A stretch of 64,000 nucleotides of DNA, from NCBI GenBank assembly GCA_034520945.1, contig JAXHNB010000006.1:96001-160000 (forward strand), in the 5' to 3' direction. Position numbers and translations under genes: made by a program. Positions within the stretch are counted from its first letter, which is position 1. Each line of letters begins with the position of its first letter. Below the pieces are notes generated by a model. The model did not search any database. It saw nothing but the letters and a program-made list of their open reading frames with translations, and had not been told where the DNA came from. This document shows positions 11,682-24,858 of this stretch, piece after piece. Source of the DNA: Trueperaceae bacterium. Its GTDB lineage: Bacteria > Deinococcota > Deinococci > Deinococcales > Trueperaceae.

Positions 11682-14444
11682 CTAAGCCGACGCGGGCTCG
11701 CCGGTCGGCTCGGCCGCCGAAGTGGGGATCTCGCGCTCGTCATCGAGCGCGGCGTGCGCGGCCGCCAAGCGGGCGATCGGCACGCGGAAGGGGCTGCAGG
11801 AGACGTAGCTGAGGCCGGCGCGGTGGCAGAACGCCACGCTGGCGGGATCGCCGCCGTGCTCGCCGCAGATGCCGACCTCCAGGTCGGGCCGGGCGGCGCG
11901 GCCCTCCTCGGTGGCGAACTCGATCAGGTGCCCGACGCCGGGCTCGTCGATGCTGGTGAACGGGTTGTCCTCGAGGATGCCCTGCTCGAGGTAGTTGATC
12001 AGGAAGCCCTTCTCGGCGTCGTCGCGGCTGATCCCGAAGGTGGTCTGGGTCAGGTCGTTGGTGCCGAAGCTGAAGAACTCGGCGACGCGGGCCAGTTCGC
12101 GGGCGGTGAGCGCGGCGCGTGGCACCTCAATCATGGTGCCGAAGCGGTAGGGAACCTCGCGATCCTGCTCCGCCATCACCTGCTTCGCTTCCGCGGCCAG
12201 CGCGGCCATCTGAACCTCGAGCTCGTTCACGTGGCTGGTCAGCGGAATCATGATCTCGGGGTCAGTGATCACGCCCTCGCGCGCGACCTCGCAGGCCGCC
12301 TCGAAGATGGCGCGGACCTGCATGCGGGTCAGCTCGGGCATCAGGATGCCCAGCCGCACGCCGCGCGTCCCCAGCATCGGGTTGGACTCGTGCAGTTCCT
12401 CGACGCGCTCCAGCTGGGCCTTCTTCTCGCGCAGCAGCTCCAGGGTGTCGTCGATCGAGTTCAGGTCCGGGTGGTGCTGCATGCGGATCTTGAGGTCGGT
12501 CAGCTCGCGGCTCAGCTTGGCGTGTTCGGGGAGGAACTCGTGCAACGGCGGGTCGATCAGGCGGATGATCACCGGCAGGCCGTCCATCTCGCGGAACAGG
12601 CCGGCGAAGTCGCTGCGCTGGTAGGGGAGGAGCTTCTCGAGCTCCTCGGCCCGCTCGCTGGCGCTGCGCGCCATGATCATGCGCTGCACCGTGCCGATGC
12701 GGTCCGCTTCGAAGAACATGTGCTCGGTGCGCACCAGACCCAGGCCCTCGGCGCCGTAGGTGCGGGCCTTCTTGGCGTCGGAGGGGTAGTCGGCGTTGGC
12801 GCGCACGCCCAGACGGCGGATCTCGTCCGCCCAGCCCAGCAGCGTCGCCAGGTAGGGGTTCTCCAGGTCCGGCACCACCGTCTCGAGCGCGCCGGCGTAC
12901 AGCTCGCCCAGGGTGCCGTCGATGCTGATCTCGTCCCCTTCGGCCAGCTCCTTGCCCGCGATCGACATCGTGCGGCCGACCAGGTCGATTTCGAGCGAGG
13001 AGACGCCCACCACCGCGGGCTTGCCGAACTGCCGTGCGACCAGGGCGGCGTGGCTGGTGCGGCCGCCGCGGCTGGTGAGGATGCCCCGGGCGGCCAGCAT
13101 GCCGTGCACGTCGTCCGGACGGGTCTCGGGGCGGACCATGATCACTTCACGGCCGTCCTTGGCCCACCGTTCCGCCGTGTCGGCGTCGAAGGCGATCCGG
13201 CCGACCGCCGCGCCGGGCGACACGTTCAGGCCCGTGCCCAGTTTGGCGGCCTGCTCGCGCGAGGCACGCGTGAACTGCGGATGCAGGAACACGTCCACCT
13301 GTTCGGCCTTCACGCGGCGCACGGCCTCGGACTTGGTGAGCAGGCCCTCGCCGACCATGTCGACGGCGATGCGGACCTCCGCCTGGGCGGTGCGCTTGCC
13401 GTCGCGGGTCTGCAGGAGCCACAGCTTGCCGTGCTCGATGGTGAACTCCATGTCCTGCATGTTGCGGTAGTGCGCTTCCAGGCGCTGCGCGATCTGCTGG
13501 AACTCGTCGTACACGTCCGGCATCTCGGACTTCATGTCGTCCAGCGGTTGCGTCTCGCGGATGCCGGCCACCACGTCCTCGCCCTGCGCGTTGCGGAGGT
13601 AGTCGCCTTCCAGCTGGGGCTCGCCGGTGGTGGCGTCGCGGCTCATGGCCACGCCGGTGGCGCAGTCGTCGCCCATGTTGCCGAACACCATCGTCTGGAT
13701 GTTGACGGCCGTGCCGAGGTCGTGCGCGATGCCGCTGGCGTTGCGGTAGTCGCGGGCCCGCTTGCCGTTCCAGGACTCGAACACCGCTTCGGTGGCCAGG
13801 CGCAGCTGCTCGTGCGGATCCTCGGGGAAGGTGCGGCCGGTGTAGGTCTTGACGATCTCCTTGAACTTGCGGGTCACCTCGCGCCAGTCGTCGGCCGACA
13901 GTTCGGCGTCGATCATGACCTCGGCGGCCTTGCGGCGGGCGGTGATGACGGCCTCGAACACCTCGTCGGGCACGCCCAGCACCACGCTGCCGTACATCTG
14001 CACCAGGCGGCGGTAGCTGTCCCACACGAAGCGCGGGTCGGCGGTCAGGCGCGTGAGCCCCTCGGCCACGGTGTCGTTCAGGCCGATGTTGAGGATGGTG
14101 TCCATCATGCCGGGCATGCTGAACTTCGCACCGGAGCGGCAGGAGACCAGCAGCGGTCGGGTGGGGTCGCCGAAGGTCTTGCCGGTGGTCTGCTCGACGT
14201 GCTTCAGCGCTTCGAGCTCCTCCTCCCACATGCCTTCGGGGAAGGTCTCGCCCTCGGCGAGGTAGGCGTTGCACGCCTCGGTGGTGACGGTGAAGCCGGG
14301 CGGAACGGGCACGCCGAGGCGCGTCATGTCGCCCAGGTTGGCCCCCTTGCCGCCCAGCAGGGCGCGCGTGGCCTCCCAGCTGTTTTGCCGCCGTTCGGCC
14401 TCGTCGACGTCGCGGAACAGGTACACCCATTTGCTTTGGGTCAT
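11682..14444 (-). CDS. ppdK: Pyruvate, phosphate dikinase
   Basis: LLGGKGANL, SMPGMMDTILNIGL, NAQGEDVVAGIR, phospho-His motif GGRTSHAALVAR, SFGTNDLTQ, ICGEHGGDP. Confidence 0.95.
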   Translation of the reverse strand: MTQSKWVYLFRDVDEAERRQNSWEATRALLGGKGANLGDMTRLGVPVPPGFTVTTEACNAYLAEGETFPEGMWEEELEALKHVEQTTGKTFGDPTRPLLVSCRSGAKFSMPGMMDTILNIGLNDTVAEGLTRLTADPRFVWDSYRRLVQMYGSVVLGVPDEVFEAVITARRKAAEVMIDAELSADDWREVTRKFKEIVKTYTGRTFPEDPHEQLRLATEAVFESWNGKRARDYRNASGIAHDLGTAVNIQTMVFGNMGDDCATGVAMSRDATTGEPQLEGDYLRNAQGEDVVAGIRETQPLDDMKSEMPDVYDEFQQIAQRLEAHYRNMQDMEFTIEHGKLWLLQTRDGKRTAQAEVRIAVDMVGEGLLTKSEAVRRVKAEQVDVFLHPQFTRASREQAAKLGTGLNVSPGAAVGRIAFDADTAERWAKDGREVIMVRPETRPDDVHGMLAARGILTSRGGRTSHAALVARQFGKPAVVGVSSLEIDLVGRTMSIAGKELAEGDEISIDGTLGELYAGALETVVPDLENPYLATLLGWADEIRRLGVRANADYPSDAKKARTYGAEGLGLVRTEHMFFEADRIGTVQRMIMARSASERAEELEKLLPYQRSDFAGLFREMDGLPVIIRLIDPPLHEFLPEHAKLSRELTDLKIRMQHHPDLNSIDDTLELLREKKAQLERVEELHESNPMLGTRGVRLGILMPELTRMQVRAIFEAACEVAREGVITDPEIMIPLTSHVNELEVQMAALAAEAKQVMAEQDREVPYRFGTMIEVPRAALTARELARVAEFFSFGTNDLTQTTFGISRDDAEKGFLINYLEQGILEDNPFTSIDEPGVGHLIEFATEEGRAARPDLEVGICGEHGGDPASVAFCHRAGLSYVSCSPFRVPIARLAAAHAALDDEREIPTSAAEPTGEPASA

Positions 14445-14699
14445 CCGACTCTCCTTCCCGGGGGGTCCCCGGTCGCGCGTCGTGGCGGGCGAGCCCCGCC
14501 ATCCAGGGCCGGTGCGTCGCGCTTTGCGCACGGGCCCCTGGCAGCCGCCTTCGTCGAAGACCACGCTATGCGTGTGCGTGACGCGGCTGCAAGGCCAGAC
14601 GTCCCGCCTGCACGGAAGGGCGGGGGGGTCCGCGTCGGCGGGCCTGGCCGCGGCGGGCGGCGTGGCGACGAACGCCGTCATGCAGCCGGGACAGCTGTC

Positions 14700-14761
14700 T
14701 TGTGAGCCGCGCATGCGGTCTGGTATCTTGACCTCCAGCGACAACGTGAAATGGCGCACGA
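14700..14761 (+). promoter_or_regulatory. Putative nuo promoter with Rex-like operator
   Basis: TTGTGA(14700)-N18-TATCTT(14724) with TG extension; downstream ACGTGAAATGGCGCACGA (GTG-N8-CAC, 14744-14761). Confidence 0.45.
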
Positions 14762-14814
14762 AGGGTGCGCCTCCACGTTTCGGACGCCCGCGGCTGGTGG
14801 AAGAGAGGCCCCCC

Positions 14815-15162
14815 TTGTACGCAGCCATTTTGATGATGTTCCTCGCGGCCGGACTGATCGGCGTCGCGGCGATTCTGGCCAGCGCGGTGCTGGGTCCGAA
14901 ACGGGCGACGAGCACGACCCTGTCGCCGTACGAATCCGGCGTGCCGGCGCCGACCGGCGCCCGTGAGCGGATTCCGGTGCACTTCTATCTGGTCGCGATG
15001 ATGTTCATCGTGTTCGACCTGGAGACGGCGTTCTTCTTTCCCCTCGCGGTGCGTTTCCAGGCCGCGCCGGAGTTCCTGTTCGTGAACGCCGTGATTTTCG
15101 TCCTCATCCTTGCCGTGGGGTACGTGTACATCCTGCGCAAGCGCGTGCTCGACTGGAGGTGA
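14815..15162 (+). CDS. nuoA: NADH-quinone oxidoreductase subunit A
   Basis: LGPKR...[27 protein letters not shown] start chosen after GAGAGG (start uncertain). Confidence 0.9.
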   Translation: MYAAILMMFLAAGLIGVAAILASAVLGPKRATSTTLSPYESGVPAPTGARERIPVHFYLVAMMFIVFDLETAFFFPLAVRFQAAPEFLFVNAVIFVLILAVGYVYILRKRVLDWR

Positions 15163-15164
15163 CC

Positions 15165-15700
<536 letters not shown>

Positions 15701-15704
<4 letters not shown>

Positions 15705-16327
15705 GCACGGAGGCGAGCCCGGGGGAGGGCCTGGCCGCGCGCGTCGCGGCGGAGCTCGAGGCGGAGGGCGGCACCGTCCGGCGCGAGTTCGACCAGCTGC
15801 ACGTGCTGCTGCCGGCGGCCCGCATCACGGAGTCGGTCCGCCACGCCAAGACGGCCGGCTTCGAGCAGATCAGCGACGTGATGGGGATCGACTGGCTCGA
15901 CTACCCCGGCCACCAGGGCCCGCGCTTCACCGTGGTGTACAACCTGTACTCACTGACGCAGAACGAGCGGCTGATGCTGCGCGTGAACGTCCGGGACGAC
16001 GAGCACGTGCCGACCATCACCGGCCTGTGGCGCGCCGCGAAGTTCATGGAGCGCGAGGTGTACGACATGTTCGGCATCCCATTCGACGGGCATCCCGACC
16101 TGCGCAAGCTGCTCACGCCGGAGGATCTCGACGGCCACGCGCACCGCAAGGACTTCCCCCTGGGCGAGACGCCCACCCTGTTCAACGAGGGCCGCTTCCT
16201 GGATCCCGAGAGTTTCCGGGCCGGCATGATTGGCCGGCAGGGTGGCCTGACCGGCTGGGCGGGCGGGGCCCGCAAGGGCGTCCGCAGCGACCCCGACCTC
16301 GAGCATCCCGAGGGGGGCGAGGGATGA
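15701..16327 (+). CDS. nuoC: NADH-quinone oxidoreductase subunit C
   Basis: [35 protein letters not shown]. Confidence 0.92.
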
Positions 16328-17562
16328 CGCGGGCCCGCGGCGGCGAGCCGGGCGCCCGCGCAAAGGTGGTGGGTGAGGAGCGCCACGGCGACTTCGAGAC
16401 CAAGCACATGCGCATCAACGTCGGGCCTCAGCACCCCGCCACGCACGGGGTGTTGCGGTTGGTGGTCGACCTGGACGGCGAGCGCATCGCGCGCATCTCG
16501 CCCCGCATCGGCTACCTGCACACCGGCTTCGAGAAGACGATGGAGAACCGTCCCTACCCGCAGGGCGTGACCTACTCCAACCGGATGGACTACCTCCACG
16601 GCTTCGCGCACGACCTGGCGTACGTGCTGTCGGTCGAGAAGCTGATGGACGCCCGCGTGCCCGAGCGCGCGCAGCGCATCCGCGTGATCCTGAACGAGCT
16701 GAACCGCATCTCCAGCCACCTGGTGTTCTTCGGCACCGGCATCCTCGACATGGGGGCGCTGACGCCGTACTTCTACGCCATGCGCGAGCGCGAACGTCTG
16801 CTGGACATCTTCGAGCTGGTGTGCGGCGCCCGCATGAACTTCGGGTACTTCCGCGTCGGCGGCTTGGCGCGCGACGTGCCCGAGGGGTTCGAGGAGGAGG
16901 TTCGCGCCTTCGTGCGCGACTTCCCCGCCGCCATGCAGCAGTACCGCGCGCTGTTCGAGAAGAACGACATCTTCGTGAACCGCACGCGCGGCGTCGGCGT
17001 GATCAGCCGCGAGGTGGCGTTGGACGTGGGCCTGACCGGTCCCTCCGCCCGTGCCAGCGGCGTGAACCTGGACTTCCGCAAGGCGCAGCCGTACTCCGGC
17101 TACGAGCACTACGACTTCGCCGTGCCCACCTTCGAGGTCGGCGACGCCTACCACCGCTTCATGATCCGCATGCTGGAGATGGAGGAGAGCCTGAAGATCG
17201 TCACGCAGGCGCTGGACGGCCTGGAGCCGGGCCCGGTCAACGATCCCGACCGGCGCATCAGCCTGCCGCCCCGTAAGGAGCTCGAGACCAGCATGGAGGC
17301 GGTGATCTTCCACTTCAAGCTGGTGACGGAGGGGTTCCACCCGCCGCGCGGCGAGGTGTACGTGCCGACCGAGTCGGCCCGGGGCGAGCTGGGCTACTAC
17401 CTGGTGAGCGACGGCGGCAGCATGCCGTACCGCGTCAAGATCCGGGTGCCGAGCCTGATCAACCTCCAGGCGCTCGAGCCCGCCTGCGTCGGCGGGCTGT
17501 TCGCCGACATGATCGTCAACATCGCCACCATGGACCCGATTCTCGGCGATGTCGACAAGTGA
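16324..17562 (+). CDS. nuoD: NADH-quinone oxidoreductase subunit D
   Basis: [36 protein letters not shown]-terminal DPILGDVDK. Confidence 0.95.
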   Translation: MTRARGGEPGARAKVVGEERHGDFETKHMRINVGPQHPATHGVLRLVVDLDGERIARISPRIGYLHTGFEKTMENRPYPQGVTYSNRMDYLHGFAHDLAYVLSVEKLMDARVPERAQRIRVILNELNRISSHLVFFGTGILDMGALTPYFYAMRERERLLDIFELVCGARMNFGYFRVGGLARDVPEGFEEEVRAFVRDFPAAMQQYRALFEKNDIFVNRTRGVGVISREVALDVGLTGPSARASGVNLDFRKAQPYSGYEHYDFAVPTFEVGDAYHRFMIRMLEMEESLKIVTQALDGLEPGPVNDPDRRISLPPRKELETSMEAVIFHFKLVTEGFHPPRGEVYVPTESARGELGYYLVSDGGSMPYRVKIRVPSLINLQALEPACVGGLFADMIVNIATMDPILGDVDK

Positions 17563-17586
17563 GGGCCGGCGCGATGGGCTTCGGGT

Positions 17587-17742
17587 GTGAGGTGGGCGTT
17601 GCGGATCGCGGCGCTCGGTGCTGCGATGGTGGGCGTGAGCGCCGCGTTGGGCGGCGCCCATCCGTTGTGGACCCTGCTCGCCGGCATCTGTGCCGGGGGG
17701 CTGTGGGCGGCCTCGATGGGGGCCGCTGGAGGACGGACGTGA
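17587..17742 (+). CDS. Putative 51-aa two-helix membrane protein within the nuo operon
   Basis: GTG...TGA ORF (M)RWALRIAALGAAMVGVSAALGGAHPLWTLLAGICAGGLWAASMGAAGGRT fills the nuoD-nuoE gap; two hydrophobic stretches; no strong RBS. Confidence 0.45.
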   Translation: MRWALRIAALGAAMVGVSAALGGAHPLWTLLAGICAGGLWAASMGAAGGRT

Positions 17743-17788
17743 ACGCCGGCACGGCCGAGAGGCCGCGGCGCGAGGGGAAGACCGCATC

Positions 17789-18441
17789 ATGATCGAACTG
17801 AACACAGTCACTTCGTTCTTCGCGGACAAGCAGGAGCTCGTCGACGAGATCCTGGGCCGCTACCCGGCGTACGGGCGCCGAAGCGCCGTGATGCCGCTTC
17901 TGTGGGAGGTGCAGCGCGCCGAGCGGCACGTCAGCGAGGCCCGCGTGGCCGAGATCGCGGAGCTCATTGGCATCACGCCCACCGAGGTCAAGGGCGTGAT
18001 GAGCTTCTACGCCACCTACCACGGCGAGCCGGTGGGCGAATTCCACCTGCAGGTGTGCAGCACGCTGAGCTGCGCGTTGGCCGGCAGCGACCAGCTGTGC
18101 GACCACCTGAGCGAGGCGCTGGACCTGGTGCCCGGCGAGACGGACGCCGAGGGGCGCTTCAGCCTGCAGAAGGTGGAGTGCCTCGGCTCCTGCACCACCG
18201 CGCCGGTGCTGCAGGTGAACGACACCTACTACGAGCGCGTGAGCCGCAGCCGCGCCGATGCCCTGATCGACGCCATGCGCCAAGGGGAACTGCCGGCGCC
18301 GTGGCGGGCGCGCTCCGGCGACAACGAGGGGGCCGGCGCGGGCCCGCTGGGCGCCGAGAAGATGGCCGGGAGCGCGGACGGGACGGGCCCGGCGGCGCCC
18401 GGCGAACGTCCCGCGCCCACCGACGAGGAAGGAGACGCCTG

Positions 18442-18442
<1 letters not shown>
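17789..18442 (+). CDS. nuoE: NADH-quinone oxidoreductase subunit E
   Basis: [19 protein letters not shown] and ECLGSC [2Fe-2S] ligands; low-complexity C-terminal tail. Confidence 0.93.
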
Positions 18443-19778
<1,336 letters not shown>

Positions 19779-19782
<4 letters not shown>

Positions 19783-22262
19783 AGGTCAAGGTCAACGACG
19801 CCGAGCTCGACGTCGCGCAGGGCACCAGCGTCATCGACGCGCTGTTCGCGGCCGGGTACGACGTGCCCTACTTCTGCAGCCAGGAGTACATGTCGCCGGT
19901 CGGTGCCTGCCGCATGTGCCTCGCCAAGATCGGCGCGCCCCGCAAGGACCGCGGCAGCGGCGAGTGGATCGTGGACGAGGAGACCGGCGAACGCAAAATC
20001 TTCTGGTTCCCCAACCCGATGGCGACCTGCACCACCCAGGTGATGGAGGGCATGGTGGTCGACACCCTCTCCAAGGAGGTGCGGCGCGCCCAGGGGATGA
20101 TGACCGAGTACACCCTGATCAACCACCCTCTGGACTGCCCCACCTGCGACAAGGGCGGCGCCTGCGAGCTGCAGGACCGCGCCTACGAGTACGGCTCGGG
20201 CCACAGCCGCTTCGACTTCGACAAGCGCCACCAGGAGAAGCACCACGCCCTCAGCGAACTGATCACGCTGGACCGCGAGCGCTGCATTCACTGCAAGCGC
20301 TGCGTGCGCTACTTCGAGGAGGTCCCCGGCGACGAGGTGCTCGACTTCATCGAACGGGGCAGCCACACCTACATCGGCAACCTGGAGACCGGCCTGCCGA
20401 ACCCGTTCAGCGGCAACATCACCGACATCTGTCCCGTCGGCGCGCTGCTGGACACCAGCAGCCGCTTCCGGGGCCGCAACTGGGAGTACGACCATACCGA
20501 CACCACCAGCCTGGACGATCCCGGCGGCTCGGCGTTGCGCGTCGACGCCCGCACCGGCCGCATCGAGCGCATCAAGGCCGGGCTGAATCCCGAGGTGAAC
20601 AAGACCTGGATTCACGACGGCGAACGCTTCGGGCACGAGTACGCGGATGCGCCCGACCGCATCACCACGCCGTGGGTGCGGGAGGGGGACCAGCTTGTCC
20701 CGGCCTCCTGGGAGGGGGCCGCCCGCCGCATCGTCGAGGGCCTGCAGCGCGTCGACGGCAAGGCGATCGGCGTGGCGATCCGCGCCGACGCCACGCTGGA
20801 GGAGGGCGTCGCCGCCAAGGCGCTGGCCGATCACCTCGGCAGCGGCCGCGTGGATCACGCGCCGCGCCCCCCCGCCTCGGTGGTGCCCGGCGGCGCCGGC
20901 GCCACGCTGCGTGACGTCGCCACCAGCGACGCGCTGCTGGTGGTGGGTGACCCCACGGCAGAGGCCGGCATCGTGGACCTTCGCATCAAGGACGCGCTCA
21001 AGGGCGTCAGCCCGCCGGAGCTGTTGCCGCACGGCGTGCCCATCGCCGACCTGCGCCTGGGGGAGCGCATGCCGCGCAAGCGCGACATCCTCACGGTGTG
21101 CGCGCCGTATCGCACCGACCTGATGCGGCACGCCGGGCGGGCCGGCACCTACCCCGCCGGCGGCGAGGCCGCCCTGTTCCGCGCCTTGAGCGCGTTGGCG
21201 GCCGCGCAGGACCCCGAGAGACGCCTTGATGCGGCCGAGGTGGACGAGGCGGCGCTGGGCATGCCGCGCGCCGAGGCCGACGCCCTGGTCCAGCGACTCC
21301 GCGGCGCCGATGCGCCGGTGCTCGTCTGGGGCGGGTTCGTCTCCGCCGACCCCGAGGCCGACGCGGCCGCCCGGTCGTTCGCGCAGGCGGTCGGCGCCAA
21401 GGTGCTGATCCTCGGTTCGATGGCCAACGCGTACGGGTTGGAACGCATCGGCGTCTCGCCCAGCCACGAGCGCTACGACTACGCCTCGATGCTGTCCGGC
21501 GAGGCCAAGGCGCTCGTCCTCAGCCAGCTCGACCCGGCCGCGGACGCCGCCGCCTCGAAGCGGCTGCAGGAGCTGTCGTTCCTGGTGGTGCACGCCACCT
21601 TCCCGACCGCCACCACCGCCCTGGCCGACGTGATCCTGCCCGCGAAGACCGGCTACGAGAAGGAAGGGACCACCGTCAACGCCGAGGGGCGCGCCCTGCC
21701 GGTCCGGCCCGTCCCGGTGGAGGCGGGCGTCGTCGAGGACTTCACCGGCGTCGTGGGGCGGCTCGGCGAAGCGTTCGGCGTGCGCTTGGACGGTCGCAGC
21801 GCGCGCAGCGCCCGCCGGGTGCTGCGCAAGCGGCTGGGCATGGACATGGCCGAACTGCCCCGGTTCGGGGCCCGGCTGCCGGCCCCCAAGGGCGCAGCAC
21901 GGGGCGTGCGCGCCCTCCGCGCCGTCCAGGCCGGTTCGGGCCGCGCCCTGGTGGTGCCCAGCATGGTGCGGATCGAGTACCTGGACCGCAACCCGACCCT
22001 GCGGGCGGAGTGGGGCGACGCCGCCCTGCGCCTGCATCCCCGCGACGCCGAGGCGCGCAGCCTGAACGCCGGCGACACGGTGCTGGTTCCGGTCGGCGGG
22101 ATGACGCGTCGCCTGCGGGTGGCGCCCAGCGAGGACGTGCCCGAGGGCCTGTGGTTGGTCCCCGCCACGCCGGACCAGCCGGTCGGCCTGTACCCCTTGG
22201 ACGTGAAAGGCGTTCGGCCGGCGCCCCGCGACGCCGCGCCCGCCGAGGCGGGGGTGGCCTGA
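19779..22262 (+). CDS. nuoG: NADH-quinone oxidoreductase subunit G
   Basis: FC...[31 protein letters not shown]...DICPVGAL; molybdopterin-oxidoreductase-like C-terminus. Confidence 0.93.
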
Positions 22263-22263
22263 C

Positions 22264-23277
22264 ATGGAGCCGCTCTGGGTGGTGTTCCTGAAGGCCCTGG
22301 TGCTGTGCGCGGTCCTGTTGGGCGCCTTCGCGTACATGACGTTGGTCGAGCGGCGGCTGCTGGGCCGGTTCCAGCACCGCATCGGCCCGAACCGCACCGG
22401 CCCGTTCGGGTTGCTGCAACCGATCGCCGACGCGCTGAAGGCGGTGTTCAAGGAGGACATCATCCCCAGCGGGGCCGACAAGGTCGTGTACGTGCTGGCG
22501 CCCTTCATCAGCATCACGTTTGCCCTGTCGGCGTTCGGGGCCATTCCCGCCGGACCGGCCGGCTCGCTGTTCGGTCTGGACCCGTGGGTGATGGACCTGG
22601 ACATCGGCCTGCTGTACGTGCTGGCCGCCACCTCGATCGGGGTGTACGGCATCTTCCTGGGCGGGTGGGCGTCCAACAGCAAGTACGCCCTGCTGGGCAG
22701 CCTCCGCTCGTCCGCGCAGATCATCAGCTACGAACTGGGCCTGGGCCTGTCGGTGCTGACCATTCTGATGATCTCGGGCACCCTCAATCTGCGAGAGATC
22801 GTGGAGCTGAACGTCTGGTCGGTGAGCCCCTGGCTGTGGCCCGGGCTGATCGTGGCGTTCGCCACCTTCTGGATCAGCGGCATCGCGGAGGTCAACCGCA
22901 CGCCGTTCGACCTGCCCGAGGCCGAGCAGGAGCTGGTGGCCGGCTATTTCACCGAGTATTCCTCCATCAAATGGGCGCTGTACCAGATGGCGGAGTACGT
23001 GAACATGATGACCGCCTCGGCGTTCATCGCGACGCTGTTCCTGGGCGGGTACAAGGGCCCCGGGTTCGTGGACGCGATCGTGCCGGGGATGAGCGACTGG
23101 CCGATCCTGTGGCTGGTCCTCAAGATGGCGATCTTCATGTTCGTGTTCATCTGGCTGCGCGCCTCGTTGCCGCGCCTGCGCTACGACCAGCTGATGCGCT
23201 TCGGCTGGATCTACCTGTTCGAGATCGCGCTGGGCGCGGCGCTGCTGACGGGGGCGGTGATCGCGTTTGTGCTCTGA
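22264..23277 (+). CDS. nuoH: NADH-quinone oxidoreductase subunit H
   Basis: [50 protein letters not shown]. Confidence 0.95.
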   Translation: MEPLWVVFLKALVLCAVLLGAFAYMTLVERRLLGRFQHRIGPNRTGPFGLLQPIADALKAVFKEDIIPSGADKVVYVLAPFISITFALSAFGAIPAGPAGSLFGLDPWVMDLDIGLLYVLAATSIGVYGIFLGGWASNSKYALLGSLRSSAQIISYELGLGLSVLTILMISGTLNLREIVELNVWSVSPWLWPGLIVAFATFWISGIAEVNRTPFDLPEAEQELVAGYFTEYSSIKWALYQMAEYVNMMTASAFIATLFLGGYKGPGFVDAIVPGMSDWPILWLVLKMAIFMFVFIWLRASLPRLRYDQLMRFGWIYLFEIALGAALLTGAVIAFVL

Positions 23278-23394
23278 ACGCGCACCGTCCACCGCGCGCC
23301 GCGCCCCGCCGCAACGCACGTCACGCCCCACGCCAGGGCGACGCATCCACGCCGCTCGCTCGGGCGGACCGCACGCCGAAGGAAGGGGGCCCGC

Positions 23395-24530
<1,136 letters not shown>

Positions 24531-24531
24531 G

Positions 24532-24858
24532 GTGACCCCGGCTCCGACCGAGGCGTGGGTCGCGCTCAGCGCGGCCCTGTTCGCGATCGGCGCGAGCGGC
24601 GTCCTGATGCGCCGTAGCGCCATTCTGGTGTTCTTGAGCGTCGAACTGATGTTGAACGCCGCCAACCTGGCCCTGGTCGCCTACGCGCGGCAGTGGACCG
24701 CCGTCGGCGCGCCCGAGGCCCTCTCCGGGCAGACGGTCGTGTTCATCGTCCTGGCCGTCGCGGCGGCCGAGGTGGCGGTCGGCCTGGGCATTCTGGTGGC
24801 GATCTTCCGGCACCGGACCAGCACCGACGTCGACGCGCTCTCGGAGGTGAGGCTGTGA
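24532..24858 (+). CDS. nuoK: NADH-quinone oxidoreductase subunit K
   Basis: [22 protein letters not shown]. Confidence 0.92.
   Translation: MTPAPTEAWVALSAALFAIGASGVLMRRSAILVFLSVELMLNAANLALVAYARQWTAVGAPEALSGQTVVFIVLAVAAAEVAVGLGILVAIFRHRTSTDVDALSEVRL

Noticed and set aside
11565..14705. Very long antisense or alternate-frame ORFs (e.g. 1046 aa here, 1074 aa at 19500-22724, 706 aa at 24681-26801)
   Set aside because: They are shadows of real high-GC genes (ppdK, nuoG, nuoL). Stop codons are scarce and the translations have no motifs.
17560..17742. Stop-codon readthrough or selenocysteine extension of NuoD
   Set aside because: NuoD ends at the conserved DVDK terminus and I see no SECIS-like evidence. 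A separate small ORF is simpler.
23278..23394. 117-bp C-rich gap between nuoH and nuoI
   Set aside because: No credible ORF, strong hairpin or promoter seen.
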